Part shown: positions 13,660 through 27,800 of the stretch, piece by piece | Position numbering within the stretch: position 1 is the first letter of the stretch | Layout of the letters: each line of letters starts with the position of its first letter | Assembly (NCBI RefSeq): GCF_001194135.2 | Contig: NC_068984.1 | Span: 66,329,950-66,393,949, forward strand | DNA: 64,000 bases | From: Octopus bimaculoides | Lineage: Eukaryota | Reading direction: 5' to 3' | Notes under the pieces: generated by a model | What the model was told of the DNA's origin: nothing | Databases searched by the model: none | What the model saw: only the letters and a program-made list of their open reading frames with translations | Translations under genes and position numbers: made by a program

Positions 13660-14799
13660 GTAAGTTTTGAGATTAGTCGGGAAATTCCATGATATCTAAA
13701 GTTGAGTATTTTTCATATGCTCTACCAGTGCATTTGCACTCCTTAGCAAACTTCACTACATATTCTCATTTCTGTTTTCAAACAATTTCGATATTTGTTT
13801 CTTTTTTATTTCATCTGTAATAAAACTTTTGAAAGGCTGATGGTATGCTGTAACACTTGTAGTGCCTTTCTCAGTGTGTTGGGAACAGAGTATGGTTGAA
13901 AATAGCAGCCAAACCTCCCTCGTAGTCTACCTTCCTATATACTAGGAATCGTTCCTGTGTACACTTACATGTATGACTGCTACTTGCCTTCTATCCTACT
14001 ACAAGCATCTCTTCTCTGTTAATAGTGTTCCTCTGAAGAAATGTTGTGGATCTGCGTCCAAATGCGCTGTGAACACTCACTGCATCAGATGTGCATGGAT
14101 ACAGCAGTGAAATGTTGTAGAGAACAAACGATATAAGGTGAATATTGTGTTTATCTTACTTTTCATACACACACACGTCTGTCTGTTAATATTCGATTAT
14201 GACTGCCCATATTCAATGTTGTGAGCTGTATTATGAGCGAATCAATTTCCTGTATATTTTCTGTTCTTAGCTGCTAATATGAATGATCAGCCCACTTCAT
14301 GTTATGATTAGCTACATTCTTGTATCTCAATCATGGTTTACTCTGGTTTGTCATACTTCAATATGGTCTTCTGAATGTTAAGCTTGCTTAGCTCACTCTG
14401 TGAAATAGTTCATCATCCTGCCTAACTCATTACTTATGTTTATGTATGTGTGTAAGGATGTAATATATGTACACACATACACACACACACACACTCATCA
14501 CACTTACACACACACACACATACATATACATAGTTTGCTTAGGCTTTGTGAGATTGATGACCTGGTATAGAACTCAACATACGTAAACTGCAGAATGAAG
14601 CATTAGTCAAGTACAGAATAGCAATAAGAAAATGAGTTGACAAAAGACTGAACAATTATCTTTGAAGTTCATTGGCTTACAGCTCTTTCTGCCATAAGAT
14701 GCAGGAGACTCACAGCTGAATTCCTGAATAATACCTTTTAGCTTCACCAGAGCCTCATATATTTGTGTGTGTGTGTGTGTGTGTGCATTCTTTTATTCT

Positions 14800-15225
14800 T
14801 TTATTATTTTATTTGTTTCATTCGTTTGACCATGGCAATGCTTGAACACTGCTTTTAGTTGAACAAATCGACCCCAGGACAGATTCTTTGTAAGTGTGAT
14901 ACTTATTCTGTCAGTCTGTTTTGCCGAACTGCTAAATTTTGGGGTGTTAACACACAAGTGTCAGTTTTCAAGCAATGGTAGTGGAACAAACACAGACACA
15001 AAGACACACAAACACACACACACACACACACGCACACACACACACACACGTATATCTATGTATATACGATGGGCTTCTTTCAGTTTCTGTCTACCAAATC
15101 CACTCATAAGGCTTTGGTCAGCCCGAAGCTATAGTAGAAGACACTTGCCCAAGGTGCCATGCAGTGGGACTGAACCCTGAATCATGAAGTTGGGAAGAAA
15201 GCTTCTTACCACACAACTACACCAG
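14800..15225 (-). mobile_element. SINE-A, near full length
   Basis: Reverse complement of the same head, core, microsatellite and tail structure. Confidence 0.85.
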
Positions 15226-16210
15226 CACAAACACAATAATATATGCTTTTATGTGCTACTATTAGTTTCATGCAATTAGAGCATTCCAGGCATATTAAAA
15301 TATACTGTCTGGCATGCTTTCATTGCATGAAACTGGTTGTAGCACATAAACTCATATATTGTGTTTATTAGATATTTATTGCTCACCAGATGGAGTACTA
15401 TTTTGCTGATCTTATACTATATATATATATGTATGTATGCATGTGCATGCATATATATATACACATTTGCATGTACACACACACTTACACACACACACAC
15501 ATTTATATATATGTGTAGGCATTCCTAAAAGAGCATTGTAATTTTCTTGAAGCATTGCAATGTATGCACATGATATAAATATTTGAAAAAGTAAAATCTT
15601 TTGAGCAATGCAGATGAAGTGTTAGGTAAAACATGTCATATTGGTATTTATTTTTAAAACTTTTCTTAAATAACAACTTCGTGCTATGTGTAATTTTTTT
15701 AATGTACCCCCACTTTGTTAAAGCATGCTGTTTTGAAAAATATAAGGTGAGGTTGCTAACTAGCCAAGAATTAGAAACATGGATATATATATTTTTTTTT
15801 TGAAGGAAATATTTAGGTCAACAAAATTTTGACTGACAGTTTATAGATTCTAATCCTTCAATTTAATATGAGGGCAGAACATTTCTGTCAAATATTTTAA
15901 CATAAATGACACTACAATTTTATTCCTCTACTCCAACTTTCTATCAGGAATCAATATATAACAATTTAATCTTCCCACATGCTGTGCAGTGGTTTGTGCA
16001 ANNNNNNNNNNAATACGGGTGACTCGTAATACGGGTGGTGGTGTGGCTGTGATGTTAAGACGCTTGGCTTCCAACTGTGTAGTTTTGGGTTCAATCCCAC
16101 GACATAGCAAACTGGGCAAATGTCTTCTACTATAGCTCCAAGCCTTTTGAATAGATTTTGAATGCAGAAATGGAAAGGAGCATGTCATATATGTATGTGT
16201 ATCTGTGTAC

Positions 16211-16766
16211 AACACCATTATTCAAAATCTACCAATGCTCACCAGGGATCCAAAGATGAGCCACATTCTACAATCATACAAATTCATCAAATGTAAAAAA
16301 AACAACCTAAATCACTAAAAAGAATTCTGACAAATTTGAAGCTATAACCCAACAACAATAAAACCAATAGTTAAGAAATGAGAACATCTAAATTGCAGAA
16401 CATGCCCCAACCTACAGGAAGGTTCAGAATTCCACTTCAAATAAGAGATTCACAATTCAGACCGATTTCATTTATGCATCTGAAAATTTAATTTATGTGA
16501 TAACTTGCTCAGGACATGGACTCAACTATGTTGGCCAAACAAAGATGTCACTTAGACAGAGAACTACATTGCATAAGGAACAGATGCATTTCCCAAGGAA
16601 GAGACAGATTGAGTGAACACATAGAGATATGTGTGGGGAATCTCCAACCAAACTTCATGGTTTTCCCCATCTATTGTGCAAAGAAACAATCTCTGTACAA
16701 GAGCAGTTAAATAAAGAGAATATATTTACTGAAAAATACAAACCATGCCTGAATATGAATGCATAA
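16211..16766 (+). pseudogene. Penelope-like element: RT-EN linker and GIY-YIG endonuclease, frameshifted
   Basis: Manual translation across frameshifts gives IIQNLPMLTRDPKMSHILQSYKFIKCK / KQPKSLKRILT / KPIVKK*EHLNCRTCPNLQEGSEFHFK / FTIQTDFIYASENLIYVITCSGHGLNYVGQTKMSLRQRTTLH / LSEHIEIC / KENIFTEKYKPCLNMNA*. This has the LIY-YVG pair, a CxxC and a terminal P-LN as in PLE endonucleases. Confidence 0.85.
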
Positions 16767-17025
16767 CCAATTTTGGATTTTATAAAATATTTTAATTCAT
16801 GAATGCATAACCAGCTATACACATATTTTATTTCACAATTTTAATTCATGAATCTATAACTTTATAATATCAATACTACAAATTTACCCTCTCAAAAAAA
16901 GCATATCCCCCACCAACAAGTGCAATTACTTCCCCTCTCTCGAATAATAACAATCACCAACTACCTTCCCTTAAATTTTTCTATATGCTGGTTCATTTAC
17001 AAACAGACTCTAGTGCAAACACCAT

Positions 17026-17355
<330 letters not shown>

Positions 17356-17449
17356 CATGTATAGGTCATTGTAACTAATTATGCTGCTAGATTAAAAGAA
17401 AAATTTGAAGATGTACCAGTCTCCATATTCATTGTCATTGTTTGGTATG

Positions 17450-17480
<31 letters not shown>

Positions 17481-19629
17481 ACATTTATTTGTTTACCATT
17501 GTCCATTTGTCATATGATGTTATTCATTTCCCATCTTTGAAAAGCATGTCTGGCTATGGAGAAATATTATCTTGTTTGGAAATAGGTGAGGATTGGCATA
17601 AGGAAGAGCATCTGACTGGAGAAAATTTACTTCAATGAATTCTGTCTGACATGCAAGTATGGAAAAGTGGACATTAATCTGTTTGTCTGTGTGTGTGTGC
17701 ATAGATATATAAATATCAAAAGTTTTCTTTGCCTTTCTACTTTCTGGGGTTAGTGAAATAAGTACCAGCGTAATACTGAGGTTTATAATATAGACTGCCC
17801 CACTGATCAGTTTTGTGCTTATGTTAGAAGTCTATATTTTAAATTTAGATTAAGAAATTCAATTTTTTATTTTATTTTAAATATGTATGTTGGCAAGACA
17901 AATAATGCATGGTAGTGTGCAAAGATAAAATGTCAAATTTGATAAGGATTATAATGTCGAGGACAAGAAATATTTCTTTTTATTATAGGCAAAACGCTGG
18001 AAATTTTGTGAGAGTAGCTAGTTATTTTCATCAGCCTTAGTGGACATCTGGCACTTATTTTATCAACCCCACCATAAAATGAAAGGGAAAGTCATCTTTG
18101 GCAGAATTTGAACTTAGAATGTAGAGCTGGAAGAAATTCTGCTAAGCATTTTGTATGGTGAGCTAACAATTCCACTGTGGACTCTGATATTGCTCGTCTG
18201 AGTTGATTAAACACACCTCATGCTATTTTAAAGCCTGGATTTTTTTGTTTATCACAATGGTACCCATTGTATTTTGTTCAAAGCATCTCAAACTACTGCT
18301 TAAAAAAAATCAAGAACAGTGAACTTAATAGTGTTACAACACCCTTACACATATGTATGCATAAACACACTATTGCACATGCATCTTGTGTATAGATGTT
18401 GAATAAATTCAAAATTTACACTACATATAACAAAAAAGAGAATAAAGTCAGTTTAGGATATGTTTCAGTACAAAAATAAAATCAAGTAAATACTACTAAC
18501 AACAACAACAAATAATACTAACAACAACAACATCAATAAATCTGGTGGGATGGTTAATGCTCAAATAATATGCCAGTACAGAATTTATAGCAGCAATTTT
18601 GGTATCTCACAATTGTTATTATTTCAAATTCTAATCATGTCAACTTAACCTTTAATGCCTCTGGAGGGATTAAAATAAGTGCTTTGAAGTCATGATGGTT
18701 GACTTAGAATCATTCTTTTTTCTTTTCTTTGCTTAAAAAGAAAAAAAAAAGAACATAAGCCACTTTTGTTGAATCTAAAAGTCACAAGGGTAATTTACAT
18801 TGTCAGAATTTAATCCAGCCAATTTCTTGTTCCTGAGATAAAGCTATATTATTTAGATGATGCTCATTCAGAAGAGATGCTCTCTTAAATAAATGTGGGT
18901 TTCCTACCTCCAGTATATCTGATTAACCAGTTCAAAGAATACTGATGGAGTGAAAAACAAAATACCAAACATATTTGCTCTAAACCACATTGTATCAGAG
19001 AAAATATTGTCTCTAACACCAGTAGCTTCCTCAATGTTGCTGTGAGGATTTTAGATTTTTTTTATGACACATGATATTGCAACACACTGCAACATACACC
19101 AAGCACTGACATTGTATGGCCATTTTCCCTCCTGAAATGGAGATTAGCTTTATTCCATGATAGTGTTTTCTATTCTCCCTATTTTTTTGCATCTATCTTT
19201 ACCAATGCCTATGCCCTTATTTCCTCTTTCATTACTTTTAACCGTGTTTATCTTTCTTGAAATATTTCTTCCTTTTACTTCCATATATATTTCCATCATT
19301 CCTCTTAATTAGTCACTCTTCATCCTTCTTTCAATACATGACTCAGCCATTTCATCCCATTTTTCTTCATAATATTCTCATGCTAAGCCTGTGGCCATAA
19401 TAAATAAAAAAAAATTCCCCAAGATGCTGTACAGTTGAATCAAAAACACAACCTTTGGCTTAAGAAACAAGCTTCTTAGCCATTTGACTATATGCTCATT
19501 TTCACTAGTTGTTTAGCCCTAAGTCAAAACAGGTTAAACATATCTATAACAACAGATGTTCAATCGATGGACACTCCATACTGTGTTAAGGCAGTGCATT
19601 GAGGATTACAATATCCATTTTATTAAACT

Positions 19630-20000
19630 CTTTTTTACTTGTTTCATTCATTTGACTGTGGCCATGGAGGAGCACCGCCTTTAGTTGAGCAAATCGACCC
19701 CAGGACTTTTTCTTTGTAAGCCTTGTACTTATTCTATCGATCCCTTTGCCAAACCGCTAGGTTACAGGGATGTAAACACACCAGCACCGATGTTCAAGCG
19801 ATGTTGGGGTACAAACACACACACACACATATATATGATAGACTTCTTTCAGTTTCCATCTACCAAATCCACTCACAAGGCTTTGGTCATCCCGTGGCTA
19901 TAGTAGAAGACACTTGCCCAAAGTGCCACACAGTGGGACTGAATTCAGAACCATGTGGTTGGTAAGCAAACTGCTTACCAGACAGCCACTCCTACACCTA
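19630..20000 (-). mobile_element. SINE-A, near full length
   Basis: Same family motifs on the minus strand. Confidence 0.85.
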
Positions 20001-20288
20001 TGTATTCTATGTATCTTCTTTTTTCTTTTCCAATTGTACAGTGTAATTTAACTGAGACTTTGTTGCTATGCTTCTAAAGTTGAGTAAGTGGTTAAAGCTT
20101 TCCTTATTAGCTCAAGAACGAACATGTAAATGCTACATATAAAGCTATGTAGGCCAACATTCATATGTACATTTTTCTCTATCAAGATGAAAGATTCACA
20201 TTCATATTTCTTGTAATTAATCGCCACAGTTATTCCTGTGAATGAAATTCTTATAACATAATATATTTTGTTGGGCTGGATCTTTAAA

Positions 20289-20342
<54 letters not shown>

Positions 20343-21025
20343 ATAGCAAAGCGTGACATATATCATGCAGAACTGATTCAAACAGGAAATTGGGAGAAAG
20401 TTTGTGAAACATTTTCCAAAGTATCTGTTTTGAATCTCCTGAGAAGACAGATGTGAACAGGTGCAAAATATAAACAGAGGCATGTAGCTGAGCATATATA
20501 CTCAACAGCACTCCAACTTTATAAATGTCCAAAAGTATAAAAACAATATAAAATATAATTAAAAAAAAATAAAACCAAAGACCAGAAACTGCACTTTGTT
20601 AGTAGCATGTTACCAAATTGAAGTGGTGGTGTTCGTGACTTTCCAAAGGCTATTACTAACTTTCATGGAATGGTTCCAGCTGGGAATAAAAATGTATCTC
20701 TGGGCACCAACAACAGTGCTTTTCATTTGGAGACAAGCATTACATAGAATCTTTCAATGAAGTTGCATATCACATAGTGCTTCATTGACTAGAGAATAAT
20801 ATTGCCCTGTTTATTGAACATGTATGCATTAATTAGTTATAAGTAAGTTCTTTGTTATTGTTAATTACCATTCTATTTGAAGACAACTCAGAATTGATTG
20901 TATTGTATTTTTAAAGAAAATATCTTAATTTTTGTCTTATATTCCTAATGTATTTATATACACACATAAATAATCCAACCGCTTTGTGTGTATGAATATA
21001 AATGCATATATATACACACACACAT

Positions 21026-21064
<39 letters not shown>

Positions 21065-21070
21065 ATATAA

Positions 21071-21115
<45 letters not shown>

Positions 21116-21995
21116 TATTCATTACTATAGAGTATGTGAATGGTTTTATTGGCATCTCCCCTTATAGATATTTATGAAATCTACATGGGCTTGTATGTGT
21201 GCATATGTCTTGAAATATTGATGTCTAACTTAAGTATGCATACATACATACATACATACATACATATGTCCCAATATCTTCCCATGTTTCTTTGCCTTGT
21301 ATATGTAAGTGTACTTACATGTTTGTTGATATTTCATTGTTTTAAAAGTACTGTGTTTTATAAAGCAGTTTTATGTATGTACATGTCTCTGTGTATGTCT
21401 CTCTTTTTCTCTCTCTCTATCTATATATATATGTATGTTGTGTGTGTTTGTGTGTGTGCATCTACATACGTATGCATGTGTATATGTTACTTAAAAACAA
21501 TAAAAAATAAACAAGAGGAAGAATAGAAGAAAATATGAAAGGATATCAGCAACTAATAAAGGAAGAGCATACCACCACTACCACCACCAACACCACTACA
21601 ACTGCTACTACTACTATTAGAACATTGTAATGTTTCCATGATACACTTAATATTGATAGCTAATCTAATCAAACAGAATCCAACTGCTTCGCTAGTTTGC
21701 ACATTATTATGGCCATAAACATCTCGTACTCTTTCAACTGATGTGTTGTGTACACAAAGGGTACATCTTGTCCATTGTCTATCAATTGTCATTCTGTAAA
21801 TAGTTCTGCATGCATCATAATGCAAATAATTGATTTCTGATGTCGTCGAAAATTCTAAATACCATCATGGCACTTGTGCGTCATTTTTCTCTCAGAGTTC
21901 AATATAACCGACAGCCTTTCTGTTCAACAGGACTCCACCAGACAAGGACAAAAAAAAAAAAAAACAACCCAAAAACCAAACAACAAAAGCTCTTT

Positions 21996-22029
<34 letters not shown>

Positions 22030-22619
22030 TTATATATGCTCACATATGATATGTCTATATTTTCCACTATATTTGTTGGAACTTTCAGTAACCAATAGTT
22101 TTATATGCGTGACTCTCAGCTGGAAGCAAATGTCATCTCTGCTCTTCTTTTATTCTTCCTTTATTAGAAATCCCAAAATTATATGAAACAAAACAAATCA
22201 ATAATTACAACAACAATGTCTCCTATGTGTTATTGTTATTAGTATGTCAATGGACGTGACCAGAAGAAGAACAAGACATTAGAGAAACTTGATTTGTTGC
22301 ATGATTTACTGTGGTGTGTTTCTGAGTTCATATCTTTTCAAGGACTGTTCTTAAGTTTACATCTAACCAGACACATTAAAATTCATAGGAGTAATAAATA
22401 TATAAAAAACAAGACATTTTCATCTCAAAATATACTTGTTGAGTGGATAGTGTATTGAACACCTAACTTAAAGTTCTTGATTTCAAATACAATGTGTTCT
22501 ATGTCTGGGCAGCACCTTTAATTCTAAACTCATCTGGTCAGGTAGCAGATGGGTATCAGATTTTCTGGTAATGTTATTTTCTGGTGTAAAATGAAAAGGA
22601 GGGCAAAAAAATTATCTGT

Positions 22620-22823
22620 TTAACGCTTTTGATACCTTATGTTCTATGATAAAAGCATCCTATTCTAAAATGATCTAAAAAAAAAAAAAGCTTTCCATAT
22701 GATTTCATGCTAATTTATGTTCTGAACACCAGCTTAATAACAACGATATTTTTCTATGGAGTTATTCATTATTTGAAACAAAGGCAGTATATTTCAACAA
22801 AAGTGTAGTAACAAATGGGTTAA
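22620..22823. mobile_element. piggyBac-like MITE, family 2
   Basis: TTAA-CGCTTTTGATACC...GTAACAAATGGG-TTAA. Homologous to 42159-42369 and to a right-end remnant ending at 2762. Confidence 0.6.
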
Positions 22824-23449
22824 TACCATGAAATGAGAGCTAAACACCTTAATACCTGTATGTATTTGAGGTAACTTCTTCATCAGCAGTTGTCAATAAT
22901 TTTTAATTTTATGGTACACTGAGGATGAAGTAAAAAAATCACTTGCATATGTCACAAGTAAACTTAAAAAAGAAAGTCTCTTTTAAAGTTAATAATTTAG
23001 AAAAAAATATAGAAATTTATTGCTTGCTTTGTTTATTGATTATGCTTTGAAACAAAGTTTCTCAAGATTTTCAAGCATCAGAATAGATTCACTAAGCTTT
23101 AAAATACAGATTTTAAGATCTCCAACTCTCCTAGATGCCCTTTGAGATACATCAGTGTACTACAGCATAATTATTTCAGAACCACTGTTTTATGTAGTTA
23201 CTTGACTTGCTACAAATGGCAATAAAATCTCTTTTAAATGAGATTGTAGTATCTTAAAATAGGACAAGTTCAATAATGTGCTCCTGAGTGTCCTACAAAG
23301 AAATTTGCTATGCTACCACATAGTTCCAGATTTAATTCCACAGCTTGAAAAAAATGTCTTCTATCATAATCCAAAATTACAGGTAAAAACTCAATTAAAA
23401 TCAATTTATTAAAAATTAAAATAAAATTAAGTCTCACAGAGTAAAATAT

Positions 23450-23739
23450 ATATAAATATATAGTTTTAGGGAAAAGAACCAAGGTTCATGAACTCATCGA
23501 TGAAAATCCACTGTCACATATAGAAAAATTAATAAGTAAAAGCACAATAAATGAGTATAATATAATGCAAAGTAAATATCATAACGTAAAGATAAAGATA
23601 ATAATTATCATATGATATTTACTTTGTATTATATTATACTCATTTATTGTGCTTTTAATTATTAATTTTTCTATATGTGACAGTGGATTTTCATCGATGA
23701 GTTCATGAACCTTGGTTCTTTTCCCTAAAACTATATATT

Positions 23740-23744
<5 letters not shown>
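23450..23744. repeat. Long near-perfect inverted repeat (134-bp arms, 27-nt spacer)
   Basis: Arm 23450-23583 is the reverse complement of 23611-23744 with two mismatches by manual comparison. Confidence 0.95.
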
Positions 23745-23786
<42 letters not shown>

Positions 23787-23934
23787 ACACACACATGACC
23801 ATCTTCAGTGCAGTTTCCATCTGCTGGTTCTAATTACAAGGCATTGATCACTCAGAATAGTAGATGACACTTGCCCAAGATGATGTACAGTGAGACATTA
23901 AATGTTGACGGTGTAGATAATATGTGAATATAGG

Positions 23935-24237
23935 CACAGAAGTGGTTGTGTGGTAAGTAGCTTGCTTACCAACCACATGGTTCCGGGTTCAGTCCCACTG
24001 CGTGGCACTTTGGGCAAGTGTCTTCTACTATAGCCTCAGGCCGACCAAAGCCTTGTGAGTGGATTTGGTAGACAGAAACTGAAAGAAGCCCGTCGTATAT
24101 ATGTATATATATATGTATGTGTGTTTGTGTGTCTGTGTTTGTCCCCCCACCATCGCTTGACAACCAATGCTGGTATGTTTACGTCCCCGTAACCTAGCGG
24201 TTCGGCAAAAAGAGACCGATAGAATAAGTACTAGTCT
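23935..24237 (+). mobile_element. SINE-A, low divergence, truncated by an assembly gap
   Basis: CpG-retaining head, core and 3' body. The sequence runs into Ns at 24238. Confidence 0.85.
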
Positions 24238-24612
24238 NNNNNNNNNNNNNNNNNNNNNNNNNNNNNNNNNNNNNNNNNNNNNNNNNNNNNNNNNNNNNNN
24301 NNNNNNNNNNNNNNNNNNNNNNNNNNNNNNNNNNNNNNNNNNNNNNNNNNNNNNNNNNNNNNNNNNNNNNNNNNNNNNNNNNNNNNNNNNNNNNNNNNNN
24401 NNNNNNNNNNNNNNNNNNNNNNNNNNNNNNNNNNNNNNNNNNNNNNNNNNNNNNNNNNNNNNNNNNNNNNNNNNNNNNNNNNNNNNNNNNNNNNNNNNNN
24501 NNNNNNNNNNNNNNNNNNNNNNNNNNNNNNNNNNNNNNNNNNNNNNNNNNNNNTATATATATATATATATACAATACATACACACCTATATACATACATA
24601 CACACATAAATA

Positions 24613-24803
24613 TGACACGTAAAAGCACCCACTACACTCTCTGAGTGGTTGGCGTTAGGAAGGGCATCCAGCTGTAGAAACTCTGCCAAATTAGATTGGA
24701 GCCTGGTGTAGCCATCCGGTTGCACCAGTCCTCAGTCAAATCGTCCAACCCATGCTAGCATGGAAAGCGGACGTTAAACGATGATGATGATGATGATGAT
24801 GAT
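24613..24803 (+). mobile_element. Short 5'-truncated RTE 3' end with (GAT)n tail
   Basis: Nearly identical to positions ~92-273. Confidence 0.85.
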
Positions 24804-27800
24804 ATATAATACTTCCAATCTGTAGGCTTTATTTAGAGAAAATATGTTGACCATACAAATATGATTTCATGTGATATGAATATAAGAGATGTTGGGAAAT
24901 ATAATAGAATATATAATTTGAATGTAGATATAAAAGAAATGTATATAGTATGAACATTACATGCAGAAAGAAAGGGAAAATATTAATAATGAAAAAATAT
25001 AAATAAGCTATGGAAATATAGATGTAGTGAGAAAGAACAAACCACATTTGGAATGGAAACATAAAAAGAATTTAGAGGATGAGAGATAAACTGATAAAGT
25101 TAGTCTGGACTAGTTGACAGCATTAGCATCCTTTATGAGACACAGATATTTTTGAAGGTCATACCATGACAAGTTATGTAGAAGAGATCTGTTTAATAAA
25201 ATGTGCTGCCATTTTTTTCCCCCACAGTGATCACTGTCACATGTATGACAATTCAGTGAGAGTGTATGTACTCTGTCACACAACTTGCTGAAATAAGAAC
25301 TAAATGTCACTCAAATCAAACAATGTTGATCTTAAAAAGGAAATAACAGCTTGTATGATGCAATCCTGAATGTATAAATAGAAGAATGAAATGATCAAGA
25401 ATGACAAATCTTTGATGGTAATTTTGCCCAACCAGGGCTGTTCTGGAACTAAATAAAAACAGAAATATTGTCGTATACAGCTAATATGACAAGTTAATTA
25501 ATTTACAGAGTTATTATTGTTTCTATATATGAGTATTGTGGAATTATGGCAAAACCAGTAAAGCAGCAGGTAAAATGTTCTAATAATAATGGTTTCAAAT
25601 TCTGGCACAAGGTCAGCGATTTCAAGGGAGAGATAAGTCAATTACATCTACCCCAGTGCACTACTAACTCTGAAAGGGATAAAAGTCAAAGCTGACCTAA
25701 GCAGAATTTGAACTCAGAACATAAGGATGCATGAAATGCCACTAAGCATTTTACCTGGTGTGCTCATGATTCCATCAGTTCACCAACTAAAATGCTCTTA
25801 GTATGTCTAAGACTGCAAGTCAGCTGAATCATTACCACATTGGGTAAACTTCTTTACAACATTTCTTCCAATATTCTGTTTTAAGCTAAAACTGTGCTGA
25901 GGTTGACTATGCCTTTCATCCTTTAGGTATGAATAAAATAAATACCAGTGAGCACTTGGGTATTTATTTATGTAATTGATTTCTTCCTCCCTCAAAATTA
26001 CTGGCCTTGTGCCAAATTTAAGAATACTAGTTGCCTTTCTTTAGATTCTATAATCAAAGTCAAGAGAATCTAACTTTGCCTTCCATCGTTTCATAGACAA
26101 TGAAATAAGTACCAGCAATGTATTGAAGTTGTTATAAGGGACTCAGTGAATCTCTTAAGATTTGTGATGTTAAGAAAAATCAGATTTTGATGAAGTAAGA
26201 ATATCACGAGGATGATGAAGATGACATAGTGATTATATATTGCTTTTACTATTTCATTGCTTTAAAAAAATTAATAAATACTGTACACACACACATTATA
26301 TACGAGTGTGTGTGTGTGTGTGTCATTTTATATAAATGAACACTTTATAGTTGTACAATTGTTTCAAGAAAGTATAGTTCTCAATAATGAAAGTACAATG
26401 ATATAATTTATTGGAAGAACCTGAGACTTTACAAATCATTACTCCCAGTTTCTTGTTGCTGGCGTTCAGACACGAAGATTGGCAATGTATAGCATTCTAC
26501 TGTGTATTTGCAAGTATGCCTGTGTGTAGCTTATTAGAAGTGATTTCACAAACCGTTACTCCAAGCTTCTTATTACCTGTCTTTGTGTGTATAAATGTGT
26601 GTGTTTATAAGCACATATGTGCACACACAGCACACCCACACATATACAAATACATTTTTTTTCTCTTTTTAGTCTGAAAGTCAACAAAAGTACTTTTTGG
26701 ACATTGATTTTTTTTTTAGCTCACCTCTTTTATTTCTGTTGTTTACCTTTTCCCCTTTACTGTTAGCATATCATGAAATTATTCTTCTATTTCAATAGCT
26801 CAAGATTCTTTAGACAAGGTCAGCAGTTACTGTTTTGTGTACTTTAAAATGTTGCAAATTGCTCTCTATCTTAGGATATAAAGAATGTAATTTAGTTTGT
26901 TTTGTTACTATTACATTTGAGACATAAAATAAAAGTGTTGACCCATTTGTAAATGAGAGTTTTCAGTATATTTGAATGGTGTCTCAAATTTATTGCTTTG
27001 TCAGAATCTATCATTTTTAGTCTTGAATGTGTAATTAATTTTGTTCTTCTATCGATATGTTGAGAATTTCTCTCAGAGATTCTGTTTGAGCAAGTCAGAT
27101 TTTTTAAAATTTTTATTACACTACTCACAACATTGCAAGACGAGCCAACAAGAGAAGCCTCTTCATAGATCGATTTATATGCTAGAAATAACATGTAAAA
27201 AAAACCCTTCAAAGTACATTGACAGTCTTAACACTTTTGTTATAAAATTTATGTTGAAATATAGTGCTTTTGTATAAATTCAATTTGAAAATAACAAAAA
27301 ATTTTGTAAAATAATTTTGTCATTGTTAAGCTGGCATTTGGAGCATAAGGTGAAATTTAGATATGCATGTATGTGTGTGTGTATATGTGTATATGTATGC
27401 ATGTATGAGTATATAAATATATCTGTGTGTGTGTTATTGTCTGCTTACCTTGATGCCATGCAATAGGTATAAACAAATATCACCATCATGCAAATAGTGG
27501 CCTTCATTTCCAATCTTTTAAAAACCAGTAAGGATTGGTGACAGGAAAGGCATTCATGTATAGAGAATTTGCCTCAAGAAATTTTGTCCGACACATGCAA
27601 GCACAGAACACAGTGGACATCAAATGACAATGCAAGCATAGGATAGTGGACATTAAACGATGATATTAATATTCACAGTATCTAATGATATATCATGTGA
27701 TACCTCTATCTCAAAGATTAGGCTTCCACTTAAGAGTAAGAAAATAATTCCTCCCTGGTACACACACATGCAAACTGAGAAGACAATGGCAGTGGGAGAT

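Noticed and set aside
14535-14760. Segment with TTGATGACC...GTAAAC that might be a decayed ribozyme-bearing repeat
   Set aside because: The core is too degenerate and there is no second copy in the window to build a consensus.
21553-21870. ~100-codon minus-strand open frame with several CpGs
   Set aside because: Part is a (GGT)/(AGT) microsatellite, and it has no recognisable domain or convincing splice-site pair.
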